From: Macrostomum lignano | Lineage: Eukaryota | NCBI GenBank assembly: GCA_002269645.1 | Contig: NIVC01000181.1 | Coordinates: forward strand, 523,693 to 587,692 | Direction of reading: 5' to 3' | DNA: 64,000 nucleotides | In this document: one piece after another, positions 26,181 through 59,740 of the stretch | How the letters are laid out: every line of letters starts with the position of its first letter | Position numbering within the stretch: the first letter of the stretch is position 1 | Translations under genes and position numbers: made by a program | The notes under the pieces: generated by a model | Database searches by the model: none | What the model was told of the DNA's origin: nothing | Seen by the model: only the letters and a program-made list of their open reading frames with translations

Positions 26181-26594
26181 TACACATTTACCTGAGCATT
26201 CCGCTGTCCGCTGGCTAATTTCGCTGTCAAGCCGTGTCTGCAAAACAAATGCTTTTTCCCTCTCGACTTTCCACTCCACTGATTGATATCATTGGGCTCC
26301 GTCGCCACCCGACGCCACTAACCCCCACAAATCCATTGGAAGGGGCGGCTTGCCTGTGCAAATATTAATGTCGTAGCATCTCTCTCACTCTCTCTCTCTC
26401 CGCGCTTGCGCGCTTGACTGAAGATCGCACTGGTTCGAATGCATGCAGAACTCGGAAGGCAACCCGGGGATTCTGTCTGGACCGGAATTTAAAGTGCGCC
26501 CCATCCGGTCACGCACGGATTGCAGTGGTGCTGCGAAATACTTTTGCTGAAAATGTCATTGGGGGTGGGCGAGACAGCGAACGTTTGAGAGACA

Positions 26595-27225
26595 GAGTGA
26601 GAATGCGCAAGAATGTTTAAGAAAATGTGAGAGAACGTTTGAGACTGTGAGAGAATGTGAGAGAATGTTTGAGAGAATGTGAAAGAATATTGAGAATGTG
26701 TGAGAACGTGTGAGAATATGTGAGAATGTGAGAGAATGTGTGAGAATGGGACAGAATTTGAGAGAATGTGAGAGAATATGTGAGAATGTGACAGAATTTG
26801 AGAGAATGTGTGAGAATGAGTTAGAATGTGAGAGAATGTGAGAGAATGTGTTAGAATGTGAGAGAATGTGAGAGAATGTGAGAGAATGTGTGAGAATATG
26901 TGAGAATGTGAGAGAATGTTAGAGAATGTGAGAGAATGTGTGAGAATGTGAGAGAATGTGAGAGAATGTGTGAGAATGTGAAAGAATTTGAGAGAATGTG
27001 AGAGAATGTTAGAGAATGTGAGAGAATGTGTGAGAATGTGAGAGAATGTGAGAGAATTTGTGAGAATGTGACAGAATTTGAGAGAATGTGAGAGAATGTG
27101 ACAGAATGTGAGAGAATGTGAGAGAATGTGAGAGAATGTGACAGAATGTAAGAGAATGTGTGAGAATATGTGAGAATGTGAGAGAATGTTAGAGAATGTG
27201 AGAGAATGTGTGAGAATGTGAGAGA
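26595..27225. repeat. 10-bp minisatellite (GAGAATGTGA)
   Basis: Direct reading. Confidence 0.95.
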
Positions 27226-27744
27226 ACACTTCACACTTCAGAGAAGACCTCTTAGCGCTGAAGGCCGCGATTAGACTTCTCCCCGGCAGACTGGCTGCAA
27301 ATATGCTAGATTAGCCTGTGCAGAACTCGGTGCAACTTCGGCATCAGGAGGCCAGCATGCACTCGTGAGCCACCCAATCAGCTACATTCTTTCATTGTGT
27401 GCCCTCGCGGCAGCTTCCGGGAATCTTTATTGGGGGGAGGGAGAGGGAAACAGCTGACTGTCCAGAGTCTTCCTCCAAAAGCAGAAATCTGCAACGGTCA
27501 ACAGAAGCAGCAGCAACAAGGCTCGCACAACTCGATCCTGGGGAAGTTAAAAAGTTCTTGTTTTCTCGTGTTCCCACTGGCCACCCAGTAGACGCCAGCA
27601 GCTCTTCTTACCAACGATTTATACATGCAGTTGCCGGGGGGGGGGGCTGGGAGCAGAATTGATTTTCATTGATTTTGTCATGGAGTACTACATCTGAGAT
27701 CTGGGGTGGAACTAGACTCGAGTCCGAAATACACTTTCCAACTA

Positions 27745-28625
27745 ACTTTGTAGCCAAAGGGATTGTAGCCAAAGGAACTGTATCCAAAGGTGTTTTAGCC
27801 AAATGGGTTTTAGCCAAAGGAGTTGTAGCCAAAGGGGTTGCAGCCAAAGGGGTTTTAGCCAAAGGGGTTGTAGCCAAAGGGGTTTTAGTCAAAGGGGTTT
27901 TAGCCATAGGGGTTGTAGCCAAAGGGGTTGTAGCCAAAGGAGTTGTAGCCAAAGGGGTTGTAGCCAAAGGGGTTTTAGCCATAGTGGTTGTAGCCAAAGG
28001 GGTTGTAGCCAAAGGAACTGTATCCAAAGGTGTTTTAGCCAAAGGGGTTGTAGCCAAAGGGGTTGTAGCCAAAGGGGTTGTAGCCACGGTTATAGCCAAA
28101 GGGGTTGTAGCCAAAGGGGTTGTAGCCAAAGGGGTTGTAGCCAAAGGGGTTGTAGCCAAAGGGGTTGTAGCCAAAGGGGTTGTAGCCAAAGTGAGTTGTA
28201 TCTACAAAATGAGTTGTAGCCAAAAGGGGTTGTAGCCAAAGGGGTTGTAGCCAAAGTGAGTTGTATCTACAAAATGAGTTGTAGCCAAAGGGGTTGTAGC
28301 CAAAGGGGTTGTAGCCAAAGGGGTTGTAGCCAAAGTGAGTTGTATCTACAAAATGAGTTGTAGACAAAGGGGTTGTAGCCAAAGTGAGTTGTATCTACAA
28401 AATGAGTTGTAGCCAAAGAGGTTGTAGCCAAAGTGAGTTGTATCTACAAAATGAGTTGTAGACAAAGGGGTTGTAGCCAAAGTGAGTTGTATCTACAAAA
28501 TGAGTTGTAGACAAAGGGGTTGTAGCCAAAATGAGTTGTATCTACAAAATGAGTTGTAGCCAAAGGGGTTGTAGCCAAAGTGAGTTGTATCTACAAAATG
28601 AGTTGTAGACAAAGGGGTTGTAGCC
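27745..28625. repeat. 15-bp minisatellite (GGGGTTGTAGCCAAA) with longer composite units at its right end
   Basis: Direct reading; the last unit is the 5' end of the SINE at 28614. Confidence 0.95.
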
Positions 28626-28745
28626 TAATGATTAGAGCGTCGGATTCTCGACTGAAAGGTCGGGGGTTCGATTCTCGACCCACTCGGAACAATTTGTGTC
28701 CTTGAGCCCAGTCCTTGGACTGAACAGCCGTATGCCCATTATGGC
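28614..28745 (+). mobile_element. tRNA-derived SINE, internally deleted
   Basis: A-box-like TAGCCTAATGATTAG and B box GGTTCGATTC. Shares GGGGTTGT, GCGTCGGATT, GTGTCCTTGAGC and CCCAGTCCTTGGACTGAACAGCCGTA with the copy at 50895-51072. Confidence 0.75.
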
Positions 28746-29452
28746 AGGTGTGATAAATATAAGCAACTAATTGTTTTGAGGTTTGAGTGTTCCTATTCCA
28801 GCATCGTCAAAGCCGCATCGTCAAAGAAAATGAAGAAGCAGCTGATAATTCGCTCATTAGTTAAGTTTCTCTCCAGACAATTGATCTGGTACTCCATGAT
28901 TGAGTACTCAGCTCCATGCAGCCCTGCCTACGCCTATGGGCGCCACAACAGCTAACGCAGCTATTGTGCGGCCTCAGCTCCGCAGAACTGATCGATCAAT
29001 CATTGATTGCAGCTCGGCCGGGGTCGATCTGGCCCAGACCTAATGAGAGCTCACCAGTTGCTTGAGTAAGTGCCGGCGCGTGTTTTTCCCAAACTCCGAC
29101 CAGCTCCGAAGATGAGGAAGCAGGATTTTCAAGGGGAAAGAAGGAAAAATTGAATCCCAAGTTCAGCAGACAGCAAGGCCGGACAAATTGCCAATTAATA
29201 ATTCGCTCAATCACAGAAATCTTTATTGAGCATGAGGTCTCTAGTGAAATCTGTTTCTTTCACGGCGGAGACCATCGAAGCTGAAGAGCCGCTGCCGCTC
29301 AGCCTCCGCTGTCGCTCTCTTTGGCCCGCTCGCATTGGTCAGCGTCGGAACTTGCGAGGATCGAATGGCCAAGCTGGCATATGTAAGGGGATTCCAAGAT
29401 TCTATTGGGACTGCCGCCCAGCTTGACAGATTCTGCGTCACTCCTCGCCAGC

Positions 29453-30137
29453 ATGACAGGCACCGGCTATGATCAGCTCAACAGCAGCTTGGCGCCCAAC
29501 AAGTCCGTGTTCGACTCCCAGCGCCTGGCCAGGCCGTCGGTCTACCGGCACTGCGGCCGAGCCAGCCTGGCCATCGGGTCGTCTGCCTGCTGGCCGAGAT
29601 CTCCGTGTTCGTGGTCAAACGCGGCCTGAGCAGCGCCGGGGTCGGCATCTGGACTGGGGCGCCGTTCGTCATCTTTGGCGCAGTGACCCTGGCGGTGCCG
29701 AGGACTCGAACGGTGTGCTCGGTGAACACCTGCTTCGTGCTGGGCCTGGTCTCCATGCTCATGTCGGCCGTCGGTGCGGCAGCCTGCGCTCGGCACATCG
29801 GCGAGCTGGCCGACATTCTGGACAGTCGTTCTACTCCGCAACCGAACTTTGAGCTGTCCTGCCGAGCGTGCGGGTACTACATCATACTGAAGGAAGTTGT
29901 GCAGATCGGCCTGCTGCTGCTACAGCTGGCGGTTTCAGCCGCACTGGCCTGCTTTGCCTACGCCGACTGTTTGTGCTGTCAGGCCACGGAGACCGAGGTC
30001 ATCCTAGGCGGCAACGGTGGCTGTGGCGATGGCCGAGGCGGAAGCGGCGGCGGTGGTGGTGCGTCGACAACTGTCATGGAGAATCAGAACACCTCTCCGG
30101 CTCCACCGCCACTGCCCAGACCAGCTTTACTGGCCCA

Positions 30138-30170
<33 letters not shown>

Positions 30171-30324
30171 GCAGCATCAATATTCTGCGAACGCGGCTGG
30201 GTCTGCAGCCACTGCGTCATCGTCCGTGTCCTATGTTGGACAGCGTCAGGCGGGGGGCAGGTCCGCCGCACAACCGCATCCTGGCGGCAGTTTTGGCCCG
30301 CCACCGATGCTCTACGATTTGTGA
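29453..30324 (+). CDS. MS4A/CD20-like four-TM protein with a 1-nt frameshift near 29577
   Basis: MTGTGYDQL...RASLAIG in one frame continues as VCLLAEISVFVVKRGLSSAGVGIWTGAPF in the next if a base is restored in GGG at 29576-29578. Four TM segments, GIWTG motif, Gln/Pro-rich tail. Confidence 0.7.
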
Positions 30325-31024
30325 TGATGCTCTACGATGTGTGATGATGCTCTACGATGTGTGATGATGCTCTACGATTTGTGATGATGCTCTACGATTT
30401 TTGATGATGCTCTACGATTTGTGATGATGCTCTACGATGTGTGATGATGCTCTACGATGTGTGATGATGCTCTACGATTTGTGATGATGCTGTACGATTT
30501 GTGATGAGGCTCTACGGTTTGGGATGGTGCTCTACGGTTTGTGATGATGCTCTACGATGTGTGATGATGCTCTACGATGTGTGATGATGCTCTACGATGT
30601 GTGATGATGCTCTACGATTTGTGATGATGCTCTACGGTTTGTGATGATGCTCTACGGTTTGTGATGATGCTCTACGATGTGTGATGATGCTCTACGATGT
30701 GTGATGATGCTCTACGGTTTGTGATGATGCTCTACGATTTGTGATGATGCTCTACGGTTTGTGATGATGCTCTACGATTTGTGATGATGCTCTACGGTTT
30801 GTGATGATGCTCTACGATTTGTGATGATGCTCTACGGTTTGTGATGATGCTCTACGATTTGTGATGATGCTCTACGATTTGTGATGATGCTCTACGATTT
30901 GTGATGGTGCTCTACGATTTGTGATGATTCTCTATGGTTTGTGATGATGCTCTACGGTTTGTGATGATGCTCTACGGTTTGTGATGATTCTCTATGGTTT
31001 GTGATGATTCTCTATGGTTTGTGA
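30305..31024. repeat. 20-bp minisatellite (GATGCTCTACGATTTGTGAT), ~35 copies, starting inside the MS4A-like CDS
   Basis: The first copy supplies the last codons M-L-Y-D-L and the TGA stop. Confidence 0.95.
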
Positions 31025-31284
31025 TATAGTCAATTCTCTACAAATTTTATCTGCGGTTTATCAACACTAATTACAAACTTATCCACCATTTTATACTTCG
31101 ATGTACTGCATATGTTATTAGAAATGCTCTAAGATTGGCTGGACCGTCAGTATTGACTTGTTTTGGGTGACTTACTTAGGTGAAAATCTGACTTAGAAAA
31201 GTTCCTAAAGTTTCTTTCTAAAAGAATTGACTACTAATAATCATATTTTTACATTGCTAAAACATTTTATAGTATGAATGTCGT

Positions 31285-31748
31285 AGAGTGGGGTTGTTTG
31301 CGGAGTGGGGGTTGTTTGCAGAGTGGGGGTTGTTTGCAGAGTGGGGGTTGTTGGTGGAGTGGGGTTGTTGGCGGAGTGGGTTGTTGGCGGAGTGGGGTTG
31401 TTTGCGGAGTGGGGGTTGTTTGCGGAGTGGGGTTGTTTGCGGAGTGGGGTTGTTGGTGGAGTGGGGGTTGTTGGTGGAGTGGGGTTGTTTGCGGAGTGGG
31501 GTTGTTGGCGGAGTGGGGGTTGTTTGCGGAGCGGGGGTTGTTGGTGGAGTGGGGGTTGTTGGTGGAGTGGGGGTTGTTGGTGGAGTGGGGTTGTTTGCGG
31601 AGTGGGGGTTGTTGGCGGAGTGGGGGTTGTTTGCGGAGTGGGGTTGTTTGCGGAGTGGAGTTTTTGGTAGAGGTTGTTGGCTTAGTGGGGGTTGTTGGCT
31701 GAGTGGGGGGTTGTTGGCGGAGTGGCGTTGTTGTCGGAGTGGGGTTGT
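31285..31748. repeat. 17/18-bp G-rich minisatellite (GGAGTGGGGGTTGTTGGC)
   Basis: Direct reading. Confidence 0.93.
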
Positions 31749-33118
31749 TGATGGAATTGAAAATTCCGCGTAAAGCAAAACATATTTCTCTTTTTTAAAT
31801 TAAGCAATGAACAATCCTTTTGATATGTACTTTTTGTACATATACCTGCCTACTAAAAGTAAACGTTAGCGAATTTTCAAAGAAACGAACTTACATAATT
31901 CAATAATCGTGCATATCCTACAGTTGAAATTTGATGTAAGCACAATTTCCATTTCGGTGCCTCCTTCGCCTTTTTGGAATTTGCAAACAATAAAAAACAA
32001 GAGGTCATTAGTAGCAGACTTGACATAGGGAAAAATATTGATTTACTGACCGAGACAGAGTATAATATATATTTACTTAAATATAGAAACAATCCACAGC
32101 TGAACTCGCGACCAAACTGTGCGTTCAAGCTCGGATCGCGCGTAAATAGACAGGACGCAGTGTACTAAAGAATAATGCCGAGATCGGTAGAGGTCAGTCA
32201 AGCAGGAGGCACACGGTTTCCTGGGCCGCAGGTATCAAGGCTGTACAGGTCAGCGTCTGTGGCGCAGAAACCAACCTAGAAAGTCGTTGATGAGGTCTTG
32301 CTCTGATGAAGAAGGAACCATGCAGTGTTCATCAAAAATAGCATAAGTGCAGGCTAGCCGATGTTCGGTGAGTTAAAAAATAGAAGTGCAACGCTGTGAC
32401 ACAAAAGCAAGCAATCGGTCACAGAGAAGGTAAATAGCATGCGAAGGCAAAGCATTTCTATACGGTAATTTAGTGACGATTAATTCAGCATAATGCTTAC
32501 GACAGTAGAATTTCCAACGCAATTATGAAGGAGTAGCTTTGCAATATAGGCTCAAAACATTCGACATCAATTGCGAGTGGAACTGCAAGTGAAAAGTTAG
32601 AAAATGATGCCAAAAAAATAACTGCGTCTTCAATCTTTGAGACTCCCATTGAGACTCGATAGAGTCTCGGTGTGTCTATCATCTGTCCGAACTTCAATAA
32701 ATGCAACACACTGGATGACATCATAAAATAGTTGGATGAACGTATAAAATTCATTAATTTGCAAACAGATAAAAAAGAAACTGATAATCACATGCATTGT
32801 TACATTTTCGCTATTGGAATGCTGGGCTCAGTTAGATGTGTAGCTTCCAAAACGATTTGTGGACGGACAGAGCAAGTACATGTAGTGTCGTGTGCGAGCG
32901 AGTAAGGGTGACAGCTCTACAGTTTATCGAATTGTCCAACAATGCCTGTTGGATTTAAGCAAACTGCTTTATCGTGAAGAAACCGGTATTGGGGACTTTT
33001 GAAAAACTGACTTCTTATAGTTTCTCAGAGACATCTCGGACTGCTGTCTGCGGATCAAGGATGTTGTCGAGAAGGGGAACTATCGGAAGTGAACTCTTTC
33101 GATGCGTGGCTTCGTGCA

Positions 33119-54564
<21,446 letters not shown>

Positions 54565-55261
54565 CTGATGGAACTACCGGATGGGTCCGGCCTGGGCTGA
54601 GACTCGGAATTGATTAACTCGGTCAGCAGGTGGGGGTGCCTCGCTGGGAGAGAGTTCTCAGCAGACGGGTCGGTAGAAGAGAACAAAGCTTTGGAAAAGA
54701 GCTGACTGCGAGTAGCTGTCCACAATTTACGGCCTCAGCAGTCGTGGGGGATGCGCTGCATCACCGGATGGAGGATGGGGCAGCTGGGACCACAGACGGG
54801 GCAGGGCCGCGACCAAGACAGCGCTCATTCGCTCGAAGCCGAAGGCCCCGGCAAGGGAAGAGCGCAGACAGGGGCAGAGCTGGGACGGGGAAGAAAAGTG
54901 GTGAGACAAAAATTAAAAGCTTGGGCGTTGCCGCTCGAGAGAGAGAGAGAGAGAGTAGACGAGAACCGAGGGAGCTTCTAATGGTCTCTCCCCAGTTGGG
55001 CAGACTACAGGTGGGGAGATACAAGCGATCGTTTGTCTCCAGGTGGAACAAAACACTATAGGAAACCGGATGCCGGATGCAGGGCTTCGATGGCAGCAGT
55101 GCTTTTCAATTGTAAAATTACTAGTATACAGTTTACAGAGAATTCATTTTAATAGGAATCATGCAAAAAAACAAAAATCTGCCTGTAACAGCAGCAGGCG
55201 GCAGTCATTGCTTCATCACTGCGTCAGTGCAAATGTTTTTCTTCTTATCTTAGCTTCTTAC

Positions 55262-55432
55262 GGTCACAAACTGTCTCTCCACTGTCACAAGCTGTCTCTC
55301 CACTGTCTCAAACTGTCTCTCCACTGTCTCAAACTGTCTCTCCACTGTCACAAACTGTCTCTCCACTGTCACAAACTGTCTCTCCACTGTCTCAAACTGT
55401 CTCTCCACTGTCTCAAACTGTCCCTCCACTGT
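55262..55432. repeat. 21-bp minisatellite (CTGTCTCTCCACTGTCACAAA)
   Basis: Direct reading. Confidence 0.93.
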
Positions 55433-55647
55433 AAAAAACTGAGAAAGCAGCATTTTAAGTAACACAAGTTACAGTGCAGGCAGTGTACCGATCGCATCTG
55501 AGAGAGATCTCCGAATCTTCGCAGCTAATGAGCAAAGGATGCGGTTGCTGCAGCAATCGATTTTCGATCGCCAGACGGCCTGTAAGACGAGAGCCCGTAG
55601 TACTTTTTGTTCCACAGAAAATCGATTCGTCACCTGCGTTTTGACCG

Positions 55648-56249
<602 letters not shown>

Positions 56250-57044
56250 GAAAATTAGATTTCTCGGTAGTTGCTCGCACTCTTTTGCACTACTTGAGTA
56301 GTCTGATTTTCGTTCGGCATGGCTGGTTCCAGCAGGTAGTTCCTCTGGATAAAAGCGCTTACCGCGCCCATTGGCTTACCAGCTGCCTTAATCGTTTCCG
56401 GTGATCTTGTGTGCGTGCTTTCAGCTTGATCGGCTGCGGCAAGCAAGCTCGAAAGATCTATCTATCTATCTATCTATCTGCTTGACCCGCTCTGCTTGAT
56501 CCGCTGCGTGCGGTAAATGCGTATGATCAATGTAATCGCATGTAAGACTTTTACTGCACACCTTAGCAGGTCTGGGGGTTAACATTGACTGGGGCTGAGC
56601 CAACGGGGCCGTCTGAAGCGACCGGTTGGGGGCTCGGCTGTCCAAAGAGGCTTAGGCTGGGGATTAACAACTTTCAAAGCGAGCGCCAAAGCCCCTGGAA
56701 ATGTGCTATTGATCCACAGTCTGTGCTCGCCTCTTTCAATTTTCTTTTCCATCAGCTCCCTCTCCTATCTCTGCATTCGTTCATTGACTTGGGACTTTGG
56801 ACTATTGGGCTGGCGAACTCAAGTCTGACGATAGTGCTTTGAGTCTTCTGAGTTCTTATGAGACTGAAAGCGCTGAGAAGTTTGGCGACAGAAGTGAGAC
56901 AGAACAGGGTTTATAGTGCAGTCGGAGCGGTGATACATCCAGACTCTTACACCAAAGTCCTGGGTTCGATTCTTGAGTAGACAGGGACTGGCTTATCTTA
57001 GTTGGCAAGTGCTAGATTACTACGAACTAAGGACGTTGCATAAG

Positions 57045-57345
57045 TGCATGTACTCAGACAGGACAGAGGTTGCATATGTACTCAGACAGGACAGAGGTTG
57101 CATAAGTACACAGACAGAACAAAGACAGGACAAAGGTTGCCAAAGTACACAGACAGAACAAAGACAGGACAAAGGTTGCCAAAGTACACAGACAGAACAA
57201 AGACAGGACAAAGGTTGCAAAAATACACAGACAGAACAGAGGTTGCAAAAATACACAGACAGAACAGAGGTTGCGAAAGTACACAGACAGGACACAGGTT
57301 GCAAAAGTACACAGACAGGACACAGGTTGCAAAAGTACACAGACC
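57045..57345. repeat. 28/39-bp minisatellite abutting the SEL1L3-like exon
   Basis: Direct reading. Confidence 0.9.
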
Positions 57346-57652
57346 ACAGCTCGCCCTACAGAAGCCCCATCCCAAGCCAGTGCTCACAGCCTGTACAGTC
57401 GAAACGCGGCTCTCGCCCGTGTTCCCATCAACAGCCAGCTAGGATCGCCCTCGCCGTCGCCCTCGAAGGCGTCGCCAGTCAGCTGGTTCGCCGTACTCGG
57501 CGACAGACGGCCAGCCTCGGCCAGGACGGCCAAGTTAAAGGCCGCCTCCGGGTCGCCCTTGGCAACCGCGCGAGTGTAAAAATCCACGGCGGCGCTCAGG
57601 TTGGAGGCGTGCGCCAAGCCCAGGCTGTGGTAGTCTCCCATGCGCGTCAGCG
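57345..57652 (-). CDS. Internal exon of a Sel1-repeat (SEL1L3-like) gene, probable 1-nt frameshift near 57385
   Basis: Acceptor TTCCTCAG, then LTRMGDYHSLG..NLSAAVDFYTRAVAKGDPEAAFNLAVLAEAG...AAFRLYRL. This resembles the last Sel1 repeats of SEL1L3 (MGD..YG..DL..SV.MY..AA..GD..GFFNLA). Other exons were not identified. Confidence 0.65.
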
Positions 57653-58825
57653 CTGAGGAAAGAATGGTTATGCCCCGCTTAGACTACTCTCGGGTTTCAT
57701 TCAGTAGTGTAACTGGCGCTGGTAGCCCAGCTATTGTTAAATTATTTGCGTGCATTCAATCTATCAAATTAGATAAATTCTCGTATTTCCTGCATCTCTC
57801 GCAACTGTCTGTCGTATATGTCGTGCTCGTTCCGTCTTTGTCAATTCGCTTAAACTCTAATTCAAAATATTCGGTGGGATCTGACGATCACTCTTCTATA
57901 ACTTGAAGAGCAGCCAGTCAACTTCTATAGGTGAAGTATTCATACATTTTAGCAGCCAAGTTGGTGTCTTAGACATAATCCATTGTATTACTAATAGAGC
58001 CCAAAATCTCTCGCCGTGACCTCTCGTTGGCTGAAAGAGGCCGTTGACATAATTAGATACAAGTTAAAATACAAGGAGTTGGAAATGATGGTCGCGAAAA
58101 CACACTTTAAGCCTAATTTCAACACAAATTGGAAACGATGGTCCCTAGGCTTGTTAAGAGACCAAAATTATTGGGCCGCACACAGGATTGAACCCAGAGT
58201 ACATGAATGAGTACTGTGGCGCGAGATTAAAACGTGTTGCTGTTGACTCTATTTTGCTCCCTCTGCAAAGAGGCGAACAAATCCAATTGTTCGCTAATTC
58301 AAATAGGTCTCATCGACACTGAAGTATTTTTGTGTTCCAAATGGCCCAGAACTTGGATATTCCATGCAGTAAACTATTTGCCGTAGGAATCCATTCCAAA
58401 TAGCTCACTTAAACTTACCAAACAGCTTGTTTCATTTAATAAAATGGATCAGTGCTCGGAGTGTGGAGTTCACTTTTTCTGCTGGAAAATTGGGCAGATC
58501 CGAATCGGATTTTAGCGACTTCGATGCACGATGCGGCATGAGAGCGACAAATCAATATCTGCAAGTAGCTCGTAAATGTATCTACCAGTCTTCCACATGA
58601 CCACTTGCAACTTTAAAAAAATTACAAAGCTCAAAAAACACAAATATTGATATTATCGTTGCATTCGGTGCCTAATTAGATTATGCTTGTTGTTATATTT
58701 TATATTTAGTAAAATTAACTGATCAGTGAATAGGGGCTGTGAAGAGTCAGAGATCAAAATCCGGTCAGCTATGAGTTGTCAATCTTCCGATCCATGATGC
58801 GACTTCGATGTGCGATGTGGCTCAT

Positions 58826-59008
58826 CTAACCATGAAAATGAACGTGGAAGCCCTTCTTCCTCAACTTCGGGAACTGCTCCTCCGACAGCTTGGAATCGTC
58901 GGAGTCGGACGGATCCTCCTTCGACTCGATTTCGGCCTTGGCCTCTGAGGGTTCGACAACGACCAGGGCTGCGAGCACCAGAAGTCCGAGAACCAGTTGC
59001 CACTTCAT
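58826..59008 (-). CDS. Secreted peptide precursor, 60 aa, copy 1 (signal peptide, acidic spacer, RKK, GFHVHFHG)
   Basis: MKWQLVLGLLVLAALVVV signal-like N-terminus; an intact near-identical paralogue at 62492. Confidence 0.75.
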   Translation of the reverse strand: MKWQLVLGLLVLAALVVVEPSEAKAEIESKEDPSDSDDSKLSEEQFPKLRKKGFHVHFHG

Positions 59009-59740
59009 GATTGCTTGAGTCGAGTCGATTCTTCGAGTTGTGCGTAGATTGAGTCGAGTCTGAGCTTGTTGCTCTGAGCAGTCGGCAGCTTCGAATATAT
59101 GCGCATCGGATCGGCACGTGTTTCCGTTCCGTTGAGAGGCGTTGTTTGAGTTGAAGACTTTCGCATGAGCAGAGACAGGCGTTGTTTCAAACGAATATCA
59201 TGTAGCGTTTGTTTGCTTGTTGACACCCGAGCAATCAAACGAGTACCGCTCTAGCTTTTTCTCAGTGCAAATTTATCTAACGCACGGCACTGCACTGCAG
59301 TCACTTGACTCAGTCGCATATTGAAGCCCAATGACGCTATCTATCGACCGTGGATAATAAATGCATGAAATCGAGATATCTACAGATTTTTCGGCTACTG
59401 TGTGTTGATTTCTGCAGTTTCCAATGGTAGTTCTGATTTGTCAGACCACGCTCGTGTTCAGAATTTCTTTGATTTTATTCCTTATTCGGTCAAGTACGCG
59501 GATTTCAGTCGCCGATTTCGTGTGATTGAGCGATGCGGAGAAACCAGACGCATGTCCAGAAATGCATGGAAGCGTGCAATATGCCAGCTTATATTCTGAC
59601 TTCGCCTTGTTCCGTCTACCGTTTTGCAACAACTGCCGACTTTCCGCGTTTCCTTTGACACTCGCTTTGAACGTGACTGGATATTTTTTAATCATTTCAA
59701 CTCCACTAAGCTCTCATTAAAGGATTTGAATGGGGTTTAA

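Noticed and set aside
28614-28690. tRNA gene
   Set aside because: A and B boxes are present but the acceptor and T stems do not pair well, and the sequence continues into SINE body shared with 50895-51072
56915-56985. B-box-like GGGTTCGATTC with upstream TAGTGCAGTCGG
   Set aside because: Too degenerate to call as a tRNA or SINE
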